DNA from: Candidatus Peregrinibacteria bacterium
Lineage (GTDB): Bacteria > Patescibacteriota > Gracilibacteria > Peribacterales > Peribacteraceae
Assembly: GCA_016196225.1 (NCBI GenBank)
Contig: JACPXZ010000031.1
Span: forward strand, 359 to 64,358
Length of the DNA stretch: 64,000 nucleotides
Reading direction: 5' to 3'
The position numbers and the translations under genes were made by a program. Below, in pieces: positions 55,358 to 63,434 of the stretch; position 1 is the first letter of the stretch, and every line of letters starts with the position of its first letter. The notes beneath the pieces were generated by a model. That model was not told the origin of the DNA. It worked only from the letters and a program-made list of their open reading frames with translations, and searched no databases.

Positions 55358-56496
55358 ATGTTATTGAATAATTCTGCATACTTCTCCCCAACCACCTTCC
55401 AATCAAATTCCTCCTCAATGCGCTTGCGCGCAGCCTCCCCCAATGTCCGCCGCTTGGCGGCATCTTCAATAAGTCGATGGATGTGAGCACGCAGAGCCTC
55501 GCGATCGCCCGGCGGGAACAGAAACCCCGATACTCCATTCTGAAGGAGGAAACGATTGCCCCCAACATCGGATGCAATACAGGAACATCCGGATGCCATG
55601 GCTTCCATAAGAGCATTGCTTAAACCTTCGCTGTAACTCGGAAGAATAAAAATATCGGTCTCGGAAAGAATCGCCGGGATATCACTGCGAAGCCCCGTGA
55701 AAAGAACGTCCTCCCTATACTTCTCCACAAGAGGATGATGTGTTTTATACCAGCCAACAACCTGAATAGTAAGATGAGGATACTGCTTTTTGAGCGGAAC
55801 TGCTGCCGCCAAAAAATCATCGGCACCTTTTACGGATTCTAACCGCCCGATGTATGTCACCACAAAATTACCGGATACATTCTCCCGTTCAGGGCCTGAG
55901 GGCCCTTCAGGGCCTCGAACGGCAGTTCTTAGTTTATACTTTTCACAATCAATTCCCGTTGGGATCACCTGCGACTTCTTCCACACTCCAAGTTTCTTCA
56001 AGAGACTCTCCGGCTGAGGGTGAAAAAAAACAACCTGCTTCGCACAGAGCAAAACGAGCCATCCGACTGTCCACCCCCCGATACCCATAATTACTTTCGC
56101 AAATCGAGGCCTTGGCCACCATGTCATCCCAACCAGTGCGTCCGTGAGAAGAATAAATCGATATCCCAGAATCCGCAGTGGAATCAAAGAGAATGAAGAC
56201 CAAAACAGAACTTTATTGCAAACAAGGATATCCGGTTTTTCCTTTTTAATGAGCCGCCATACAGAGCACCAGAATCCAAACGCAATTCCAAAGTTCAACG
56301 GATCAGGGAGAAAAATATCCTTTCGATAATGAACAGACAAAGTGTCACTTATATGATCAACTTTTGTTTCCCTCCCCATACATACCGCGACAACCCGATA
56401 CCCCAACCGCTGCCACAACTCAGCCAACTTAAAACTACTTACCATCCACCGATGTTCTTCTTTCCAATAAGGTGAAATGAGGAGAATTGTTTTCAT
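55354..56496 (-). CDS. GT4 family glycosyltransferase
   Basis: YIGRLESVKG and PSYSEGLSNALMEAMASGCSCIAS. Confidence 0.85.
   Translation of the reverse strand: MKTILLISPYWKEEHRWMVSSFKLAELWQRLGYRVVAVCMGRETKVDHISDTLSVHYRKDIFLPDPLNFGIAFGFWCSVWRLIKKEKPDILVCNKVLFWSSFSLIPLRILGYRFILLTDALVGMTWWPRPRFAKVIMGIGGWTVGWLVLLCAKQVVFFHPQPESLLKKLGVWKKSQVIPTGIDCEKYKLRTAVRGPEGPSGPERENVSGNFVVTYIGRLESVKGADDFLAAAVPLKKQYPHLTIQVVGWYKTHHPLVEKYREDVLFTGLRSDIPAILSETDIFILPSYSEGLSNALMEAMASGCSCIASDVGGNRFLLQNGVSGFLFPPGDREALRAHIHRLIEDAAKRRTLGEAARKRIEEEFDWKVVGEKYAELFNNI
55887..55920. repeat. near-palindromic repeat in frame within the GT4 gene
   Basis: gTTCAGGGCCtgagggcccTTCAGGGCCtcgaac is read on the minus strand as VRGPEGPSGPE. 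Confidence 0.6.
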
Positions 56497-56867
56497 GATG
56501 CCTGATTCTTATTTTTTGTTCCTTGTCCGCCGTTTAGGCCGGCATCCCGAAGTGCTATTTTTCGTACAATTCTCGTTTGTCGCTGTTCAAGGGTCTCGAT
56601 CCGCATCACGATGTATAACATCATAAAAAAGAGTAATCCGATCGACGTCACGAGAATGGCATTAACCTGACTCTTAATACCGGTCGCAAACTGCAGATAA
56701 ATCAGCACATCGGGGAAGAGCGCGATAGAGGCCACCGCCACCCAAAATACTGTCCATAGGATCGCTTCCCATGTCGACTTCTTTTGCCGGATCATCAAAT
56801 TCCACGCATACACGATTGCAATAAGTGCAATAACAGGAGCCACAATCTGATACGGTGTGAGACTCAT
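56493..56867 (-). CDS. DUF2304 family small membrane protein
   Basis: 124 aa with 4 hydrophobic helices followed by RIETLEQRQTRIVRKIA. This is the typical partner of polyprenol-phosphate GT2 genes. Confidence 0.7.
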   Translation of the reverse strand: MSLTPYQIVAPVIALIAIVYAWNLMIRQKKSTWEAILWTVFWVAVASIALFPDVLIYLQFATGIKSQVNAILVTSIGLLFFMMLYIVMRIETLEQRQTRIVRKIALRDAGLNGGQGTKNKNQAS

Positions 56868-57532
56868 CGCAAGAACGATCGGAGAAGGATCTTGAGAGCG
56901 GTCTGGATCCCGTGGGCAAAAGACTGCCCTTTGGCAAGAGTGTACTCAGAATAGAGTACCTTGGTCGGTACTTCTTTGATCCTCCATCGATGTTTGGCGG
57001 TTTCCCGGACGATTTCCGAACAAAATTCAAACCCACTCATCTTAAGATCAATATCTTTTACCGCTTTGGGTCCAAACACCTTAAAACCGCACTGACTGTC
57101 CGAGACCCACTTCCCCGTGGCCAGCAACGTCAGGACATTCCCGATGACATTCGCCACCCGGCGAACAAAGGGGATGCGATTGCGCTGTCCAAAACGATTC
57201 GCAAAAACAACATCGACTTTCTCCTCCATAATGGGCTTGAGCAATAACGGGATGTCATGCGGATCGTGCTGCTCGTCCGCATCAAGCGTCACAATGATAT
57301 CCGCTCCGCACATCCGAGCGGCGTCGATTCCCGTCATCGTCGCGGCCCCCGCTCCGCTGTTCTCGATGTGATGGACAACGCGCGCTCCGTTACGTTCGGC
57401 GATCCGGCATGTATCGTCGCTGGACCCGTCATCAACAACGATCACCGTATCGACATATCCCCGCGCCCCCGTAATCACCGCCGCGATGCGCGTCTCCTCG
57501 TTGTAAGCCGGAATGACCGCGATCGTCTTCAT
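56864..57532 (-). CDS. GT2 polyprenol-phosphate glycosyltransferase (DPM1/GtrB-like)
   Basis: MKTIAVIPAYNEETRI, VVDDGSSDDT, LDADEQHDP. ATG 57532 is preferred to TTG 57562. Confidence 0.85.
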   Translation of the reverse strand: MKTIAVIPAYNEETRIAAVITGARGYVDTVIVVDDGSSDDTCRIAERNGARVVHHIENSGAGAATMTGIDAARMCGADIIVTLDADEQHDPHDIPLLLKPIMEEKVDVVFANRFGQRNRIPFVRRVANVIGNVLTLLATGKWVSDSQCGFKVFGPKAVKDIDLKMSGFEFCSEIVRETAKHRWRIKEVPTKVLYSEYTLAKGQSFAHGIQTALKILLRSFLR

Positions 57533-57539
57533 AGAAGTT

Positions 57540-60407
57540 CTAAGGAATAAGAACAAAAGCAACGCCCCGTCCCGGATCGTTGATAACCGGCTGCAACCCC
57601 GCTTCGGGTGAGTTAAGAAAGTCTACGAACATTTGCACCTTTTTATGGAGCGTACCGTCGGTGCGTTCAATCGTTGCCGTGTTGGTGTCAAAAATAATAC
57701 TGTTAAACCCGAGCGCCTTGAGGCGGGCAATCGTGATTTTTGGATCCCGTTCCTGATGCAGACAATTGAACTGATCCAATTGATGATCGGAAATACCGAT
57801 CACTTCGAAGTTCTTCGGGATAAAATACGGTATAAATGTCCCCACACGATAAAGGTACGGGCGATCCGGTATTTGATCGTGCCGCTGGGTCACGTATCGC
57901 GCGATGGTCGCATAATGCGGTATGGTGCGTTCTTCCATTGCATGAGCGGACACTTTTCCAAATGGAAACTCGAGCAAATTGCGCTGTTGTTCGTACTGCC
58001 AAAAACGATTCGCAAAGCTGACAAACAGAGAACAGGTGATCAGCATCCCGACGATGACGCGGCTCCAAATGTCCGGCGCCCGCCGCGTCAAAAACTCCAG
58101 ACCGATACAGAGTCCCAAAAACATTCCGATCCCGTACCATAGGATACCATTGGCAAGGAACATCCATTGCAACACCATAAACAGCGTCCCCAAACCCAAC
58201 CACCGGATCCACGCATCATTTTTCCACCAGAAAAAGGGCAACAGAAACAAGAGCGGGAACAGAAGCAACGCCGGCATCGTCGTGACGTAGTACCCCGCCG
58301 AATCCAGATTCATCACGGTACGCCATGGGAGTGTCAGGTAATGTCCCCATCCTTTCTCGAATCCCCAGTACCGATCGAGTTCTTCTTTGTGACCCGTCTC
58401 CTGACACGCAGGATCATTGGGATCAACCGCCAGATCCGGAGGCAGCGTCATCTCACGAGGTGCCGGATTGTCAACGGTCACCCGGAAGAAAAGAAGTGGA
58501 GAGAGTTTGTTGGGCGCATTAAGGATAGGTGCAGGAATAATCGGGAATTTCTTACCGGTTTGAACATTGTTATGGAAAAGCCACGGATATACGGCGAGTA
58601 CAAAACCTCCGACAAATAAACCTATCAACTGGACTATAGGCATGATGTTCTTGCGCCGCTTCCAATATGCGAAAAACAAAAAAACTATCCCGGCAATGGC
58701 ACATACTGCTGCAAATCCTTTTTTGGACACGTCCAAATTCTCTCCAAAAATCCGTTCGGTAATGCCCTTAAGATATAATTGACCCATATATGCAAACACG
58801 GCAAAAGAAAAGAAAACCGATCCGACAAATGCCAACCAATGGAGTTCCACTGCAAGAAGAATCGCTCCCAGCGCCATCAGAACCATAATTGCTGTCGGCT
58901 TCATCCCAAAACTCAAACCCCCAAAGATCCCCGCCAATAACACCAACTGCCATGAACGTCGAGAGCCTTCCTTAGCGCTGTCAAAAAGAAACGCAAAGAG
59001 CATCAACGCGCTCAATGCGCCCATCAAAAATACGGCATTGTCGATCTTCATATCCGCGAACGAAAAGTGACCGACGAGAGGCAAACTGTAATAAAGAAGT
59101 GCGGATAATAAACCCGCTCCTGACCTGTCCACCGTAGCTCCGTTAAGCGGAGCGTAGGAGGATCCCATGAAAAAGTGTCCAAAAACTAAAACCGTGAGTG
59201 TCGCAAAAAGACCGGCCATCCAGTTAATGACCATTGCTGCCGTCGAACCAAACACGCTCTCGTATCCAAACAAAATATAACTCAGTGAGGTCAAATACTC
59301 CCACTGGAACGGCGACATTGAATGAATAAAGTGACCGTAGCTCACCATCAATCGCGGTCGATTGAGGTAACTCCCAAGATCGTCCCATCCGATCGGGAAG
59401 GGACGAATAACATTAAGAAAATTCAACGCAAGGTAACTGAAGAGCAGCCATCCGATCAGCATATTCATGCTGGACCACTGCAGTGTCGAATCCCATCGCC
59501 ATTTTTTTAACGCCCCCAACCAATACAAACTATGACGGTACGCCGCAATCGGAAGAGCAAACAGGAACGTCCACGCAATCGGCGCCGACAGTAGTGATAC
59601 CGGCGTACCTTGCGATACCACCGCCAAAAACCATATCACCGCGATCCACCCCCCGACGCCAAGTCCAAGACTCGCCATCCCTTCAAGAGGGGGGGGTAAT
59701 AATGGCATGCGCAGGGAAGAGAGTAACCATCTCCCCATCACCAGAAGATCAAATATCAGAAAAATCGCAAAAAGAATCTGCGGCACGACGATCATCCAAA
59801 AACTTTTTTGTATGCACAACTGCTTATATTGAAAAACGCGCGCACCATGATTGGTTTTTCCAAGAAGTTTAAGACAACCGCGGTTCTCCAACGAAACCAT
59901 ATTATCCTGAAGCGCCTTGAGTCCGCTTTCCGTCACATTTGTGTACACTTGAGGCAGCGGTTCGAACAACCAATTAAACGGGTGATTGCCACTGTCCGTA
60001 AAACTCAATGTGGTGAACAGCAGCCATAGACTCAAAACAAATGCCGCGAGCGCTTTCCACGGAGCAATGGTTAAAACAAACTGCGTCCGGCCGGTCTCAA
60101 ACCACCGCCATGCCAAAAATATCACATATAAACCAATGCAAATAATCCCGTACCACAAAAACGGCGCCGCGCGGCTGATGGTATACGTAAGGAAAGGGAG
60201 TAAGCCATACAACCCACGACAGAGGTACCGATCTCCCTCCCCGCACGCGTTCATAACCGTATCCTTCGCTCCTCCATCCAGCAGCACACCGATATGCACC
60301 GGTACGCCGATGTAATAAAGCAGCGTATACCCCCCCCAAAAAAGGAGTCCGAGGAAAAACCCTGCGCTCATAAGTTGAATCAGTCGATGACGTTGAACTG
60401 TTTCCAT
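57540..60407 (-). CDS. very large polytopic membrane protein (GT-C-like, inferred)
   Basis: About 956 aa with more than 20 hydrophobic spans and a soluble C-terminal ~130 aa. The start is ATG 60407 or 60431, because the longest ORF (60479) overlaps divergent sufS. Confidence 0.7.
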   Translation of the reverse strand: METVQRHRLIQLMSAGFFLGLLFWGGYTLLYYIGVPVHIGVLLDGGAKDTVMNACGEGDRYLCRGLYGLLPFLTYTISRAAPFLWYGIICIGLYVIFLAWRWFETGRTQFVLTIAPWKALAAFVLSLWLLFTTLSFTDSGNHPFNWLFEPLPQVYTNVTESGLKALQDNMVSLENRGCLKLLGKTNHGARVFQYKQLCIQKSFWMIVVPQILFAIFLIFDLLVMGRWLLSSLRMPLLPPPLEGMASLGLGVGGWIAVIWFLAVVSQGTPVSLLSAPIAWTFLFALPIAAYRHSLYWLGALKKWRWDSTLQWSSMNMLIGWLLFSYLALNFLNVIRPFPIGWDDLGSYLNRPRLMVSYGHFIHSMSPFQWEYLTSLSYILFGYESVFGSTAAMVINWMAGLFATLTVLVFGHFFMGSSYAPLNGATVDRSGAGLLSALLYYSLPLVGHFSFADMKIDNAVFLMGALSALMLFAFLFDSAKEGSRRSWQLVLLAGIFGGLSFGMKPTAIMVLMALGAILLAVELHWLAFVGSVFFSFAVFAYMGQLYLKGITERIFGENLDVSKKGFAAVCAIAGIVFLFFAYWKRRKNIMPIVQLIGLFVGGFVLAVYPWLFHNNVQTGKKFPIIPAPILNAPNKLSPLLFFRVTVDNPAPREMTLPPDLAVDPNDPACQETGHKEELDRYWGFEKGWGHYLTLPWRTVMNLDSAGYYVTTMPALLLFPLLFLLPFFWWKNDAWIRWLGLGTLFMVLQWMFLANGILWYGIGMFLGLCIGLEFLTRRAPDIWSRVIVGMLITCSLFVSFANRFWQYEQQRNLLEFPFGKVSAHAMEERTIPHYATIARYVTQRHDQIPDRPYLYRVGTFIPYFIPKNFEVIGISDHQLDQFNCLHQERDPKITIARLKALGFNSIIFDTNTATIERTDGTLHKKVQMFVDFLNSPEAGLQPVINDPGRGVAFVLIP

Positions 60408-60438
60408 TGCGGCGCAAGCATAGCGTACCATACCGCCG

Positions 60439-61704
60439 ATGACACTCGATATTTCGGCAATTCGCAGGCAATTCCCCATCCTTGATCAGGAACTCATATA
60501 CCTGGACAGCGCCGCCACCGCGCAGAAGCCGCAGATCGTCATAGACGCCCTCAAAGAATTTTACGCAAAAAAAAACGCGAACGTCCACCGGGGGATGCAT
60601 GGTCTTGCCGAGCAGGCGACCACTGCATACGAAAACGCACGAACATCGGTGCAAAAATTTATCAACGCGGCCTCCCCGGAGGAAATCATCTTCACCAAAA
60701 GCTGCACCGAAAGTATCAACCTCGTTGCCAACTCTTACTCCTCCCGACGGGAGGGGGTTAGGGGGAGGGGGTCTGTGGTTCTTTCGCTTCTTGAACATCA
60801 TTCCAATATCGTTCCATGGATGATGTGCGGGGCACATCTCCATTGGATTAATATCGATGAGTATGGAAATACACGATTGGAACAACTCGATACATATTTA
60901 AAACAAGAAAACATAGAGCTCGTCGCCATCACCGGCCAAAGTAATGTTCTCGGGACCCGCCCACCACTTAAAGAGATCATCCAAAAAGCTCATGCCGCCG
61001 GAGCATATGTCCTCGTCGACGCAGCCCAACTTGTCGCGCATCACCAAGTAAACGTGCAAGAACTTGATTGCGACTTCCTCGCATTCTCCGCTCACAAACT
61101 CTACGGACCGACCGGAATCGGCGTCCTCTACGGCAAACGAGAGCTTCTCGAAAAAATGCCGCCGTTCATCGGCGGCGGCATGATGATCAAAGAAGCCACA
61201 CAAACCGGATTCACTCCCGCCGATATTCCCCAAAAGTTTGAAGGCGGCACTCCCCCCATTGCACAGGCCATCGGTCTCGCCGCCGCTCTCGAGTGGTTGG
61301 AGCAATTCGCATGGAAAGATATCGAAGAGCATGAACACGCTCTCCTTAAACACGCTGAACATATTCTCAAAAATATCGATGGCCTGAAAATTCTCCCAGC
61401 ATGTCATCCTGAGCCCGACGAAGGACGACATGCTCAAGATGTCATGGTTCGTCGAGCTCACCATGACATGGAGCGTTCCGGCTGCCTCTCTTTCGTTCTC
61501 GATAAAGTCCACCCCCATGACCTCACGGATATCCTCGGAGAGCAAGGCATTTGCCTCCGAGCCGGCCACCATTGTGCCATGCCCCTCCATAAACGTCTTA
61601 ACATCCCCGCAAGCACCCGTGTATCTTTTGGAATTTATAACACCATCCAAGAGATTGATATTCTCGCCGACGCGATTCAACATGCTCAAAAAATACTGCA
61701 ATAA
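60439..61704 (+). CDS. sufS: cysteine desulfurase, SufS type
   Basis: IRRQFPIL, YLDSAATAQKP, NVHRG, SAHKLYGPTG (PLP Lys), RAGHHCAMPL (catalytic Cys). Confidence 0.9.
   Translation: MTLDISAIRRQFPILDQELIYLDSAATAQKPQIVIDALKEFYAKKNANVHRGMHGLAEQATTAYENARTSVQKFINAASPEEIIFTKSCTESINLVANSYSSRREGVRGRGSVVLSLLEHHSNIVPWMMCGAHLHWINIDEYGNTRLEQLDTYLKQENIELVAITGQSNVLGTRPPLKEIIQKAHAAGAYVLVDAAQLVAHHQVNVQELDCDFLAFSAHKLYGPTGIGVLYGKRELLEKMPPFIGGGMMIKEATQTGFTPADIPQKFEGGTPPIAQAIGLAAALEWLEQFAWKDIEEHEHALLKHAEHILKNIDGLKILPACHPEPDEGRHAQDVMVRRAHHDMERSGCLSFVLDKVHPHDLTDILGEQGICLRAGHHCAMPLHKRLNIPASTRVSFGIYNTIQEIDILADAIQHAQKILQ
60739..60772. repeat. GC-rich hairpin repeat in frame within sufS
   Basis: tCCTCCCgacGGGAGGgggttagggggagggggt shares about 17 nt with the intergenic hairpin at 35165-35183. 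Read as SSRREGVRGRGS. Confidence 0.75.
61400..61469. repeat. two tandem hairpin repeats in frame within sufS
   Basis: CATGTCATCCT/AGGACGACATG (61400-61432) and ATGTCATGGT/ACCATGACAT (61439-61469). Read as CHPEPDEGRHAQDVMVRRAHHDM. Confidence 0.8.
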
Positions 61705-61707
61705 CAT

Positions 61708-62184
61708 ATGGATCTGTACGCCGAAAACATCCTCGATCACTATCGCCATCCACGACATAAACTCCCTCTCCCCAAAGAGGCACCTCCCCCGACGGGGGAG
61801 CCCGCCTGCCGGACGGGCAGGGACCAAGGAGGGGGAGTAGTCATTCATCATGAATCCAATCCCGCCTGCGGAGACGAACTTACCATCCGCTTCGGTATCA
61901 AAGATGATCATATTCACAATCCCTCATGGGATGGCACCGGCTGCGCCATCAGTCAGGCTGCGATGTCCATGCTCGCAGAAGAATTTGAGAATATCTCAAT
62001 CGACTCTGCCGCTGCTCTCACACCTAAGCAAATCTTTGATCTCCTCGGCGTTCCCATCAGCCCCCGCCGCCTCAAATGCGCCCTCCTTGGGCTCCATGCT
62101 CTTAAAAATGCCCTGCATATTCATTACGGAGAACCGTTGCAAGTATGGACTCAAACAGTATCTGGAGCCGTCGACGAGATTTGA
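61708..62184 (+). CDS. sufU: SufU/IscU-like Fe-S cluster scaffold/sulfur acceptor
   Basis: ILDHYRHPRHK, NPACGDEL, GTGCAIS, RLKCALLG (three conserved Cys). Confidence 0.8.
   Translation: MDLYAENILDHYRHPRHKLPLPKEAPPPTGEPACRTGRDQGGGVVIHHESNPACGDELTIRFGIKDDHIHNPSWDGTGCAISQAAMSMLAEEFENISIDSAAALTPKQIFDLLGVPISPRRLKCALLGLHALKNALHIHYGEPLQVWTQTVSGAVDEI
61762..61838. repeat. GC-rich hairpin repeats in frame within sufU
   Basis: CTCCCCC gac GGGGGAG (61784-61800) and CCTGCC ggacg GGCAGG (61805-61821). Read as LPLPKEAPPPTGEPACRTGRDQGGG. Confidence 0.75.
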
Positions 62185-62237
62185 ACTCGTGACCCCCTCC
62201 TTACCATGGAGGTGCTCTACCACTGAGCTACGACGGC
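62163..62237 (-). tRNA. tRNA-Thr (anticodon GGU), CCA encoded
   Basis: Hand-folded cloverleaf. Acceptor GCCGTCG/CGACGGC, D arm GCTC-AGTGGTA-GAGC, anticodon arm CCTCC-ATGGTAA-GGAGG and T arm ACGAG-TTCAAAT-CTCGT, then T-CCA. Length 75 nt. Confidence 0.9.
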
Positions 62238-62283
62238 ACTTAAACAAACAATAGTTTATAAACTGAACACTGAAAACTATAAA

Positions 62284-62958
62284 CTAAAAACGTATAACCA
62301 TCTCCATCCCTTTAAGCACCGTGTCCGCAATCCCAAACACCCATGCCGAGAGAATGGACACCGGTAAAAATGATTCGAACACAATAAGGAGCAGCAGGAT
62401 AAACGGCCCCTTCTCCATGATTTGCTCGTACTGCATCTCATACCGCGCAGGGATAAAGTTATGGAGTACGCGCGACCCGTCGAGTGGCGCAATGGGAAGG
62501 AGGTTAAACGCCATGAGCGCAAGATTAATAAAGACCGAACTGGCGCAGAGTTGTACGAGAAATACCCGAACCACCGATATGCCATCACCGGTGTGGAGAA
62601 GGGCAAAAATGGACCCATCGCCTCCGCCGGGGATCAGAAGCGAAAGCACGCTGAAAGCCGCGAATGCAATAACAAGATTACTCACCGGCCCCGCTGCCGC
62701 GACAATCGCAGAATCTCTCTTGGGATGCTTAAAATACCGAGGATCGACCGGGACCGGCTTTGCCCACCCAAATCCGACAAAAAGAAAGAGGATCGTCCCG
62801 ATCAGATCAAGATGGGCGATCGGATTAAGCGTCACCCGACCGGCATATTTAGCCGTCGGGTCCCCGAGCCGAAGTGCGATATACCCATGCGCCGCCTCAT
62901 GGATACTCACCGCAATGAGAATACTGATAATGGAAATGGGATTTAAGAAGGGGCTCAT
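62284..62958 (-). CDS. site-2 protease family (peptidase M50) membrane metalloprotease
   Basis: HEAAHG zinc motif in TM1, NPIAHLD, and NLLPIAPLDGS. Confidence 0.85.
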   Translation of the reverse strand: MSPFLNPISIISILIAVSIHEAAHGYIALRLGDPTAKYAGRVTLNPIAHLDLIGTILFLFVGFGWAKPVPVDPRYFKHPKRDSAIVAAAGPVSNLVIAFAAFSVLSLLIPGGGDGSIFALLHTGDGISVVRVFLVQLCASSVFINLALMAFNLLPIAPLDGSRVLHNFIPARYEMQYEQIMEKGPFILLLLIVFESFLPVSILSAWVFGIADTVLKGMEMVIRF

Positions 62959-63023
62959 GATGTAGGTAGTATATAAACTTTCTCATTGACTCCAACAAAT
63001 AAGCACTTACTCTGGTACCACTA

Positions 63024-63233
63024 ATGGGTCGGCAATGTTGCAAAACCGGCAAGAAGACAGGATTCGGGAACACCCGAAGTCACTCGCTACGTCATACGAG
63101 ACGAACATTTAAGCCCAATATCCAAAAGAAACGTGTGTTGAATGCGCGAACAGGGCAATACCGCACAATCAAGGTCGCTACTTCGTACTTACGGACGTTG
63201 GCAAAGAGACTGCAAGAGGGCAAGATGGCTTAG
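63024..63233 (+). CDS. rpmB: 50S ribosomal protein L28
   Basis: [38 protein letters not shown]... is the typical L28 N-terminus. Length 69 aa. Confidence 0.9.
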   Translation: MGRQCCKTGKKTGFGNTRSHSLRHTRRTFKPNIQKKRVLNARTGQYRTIKVATSYLRTLAKRLQEGKMA

Positions 63234-63236
63234 GTT

Positions 63237-63326
63237 GGAGAGGTCGCATAGTGGCCTAGTGCGCGCGCTTGGAAAGCGCGTGTCCCTGAAAGGGGGCCGG
63301 GGGTTCGAATCCCCCCCTCTCCGCCA
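63237..63326 (+). tRNA. tRNA-Ser (anticodon GGA), class II with long variable arm, CCA encoded
   Basis: Acceptor GGAGAGG/CCTCTCC, anticodon arm CGCGC-TTGGAAA-GCGCG, long variable arm and T arm GGGGG-TTCGAAT-CCCCC, then G-CCA. Length 90 nt. Confidence 0.9.
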
Positions 63327-63386
63327 CAGTTGAATTCGAGCTGAGTCCGAGTCCTTTAGGACGATGGACGAAGCCGAAGATACTGT

Positions 63387-63414
63387 GTCCTCCGAAGCTT
63401 TAGCGAAGGAGGAC
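63387..63414. repeat. hairpin repeat downstream of tRNA-Ser
   Basis: GTCCTCC gaagctttagcgaa GGAGGAC. A smaller GTCCT tt AGGAC lies at 63351-63362. Confidence 0.6.
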
Positions 63415-63434
63415 TGCACACGCTGAAATCTGGA

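Noticed and set aside
60097-61917. Minus-strand ORFs of 262 aa and 339 aa
   Set aside because: They are antisense to sufS/sufU and to the start of the large membrane protein gene. They have no motifs, and the sense-strand genes are unambiguous.
62163-62184. 22-nt overlap of the sufU 3' end with tRNA-Thr on the opposite strand
   Set aside because: This is probably just a late stop codon in a compact genome. The tRNA cloverleaf is perfect, and I see nothing that demands a special mechanism.
62985-63023. TTGACT-16-TACTCT promoter candidate upstream of rpmB
   Set aside because: The -10 match is weak and it lies only about 10 nt from the ATG. I cannot support it from sequence alone.
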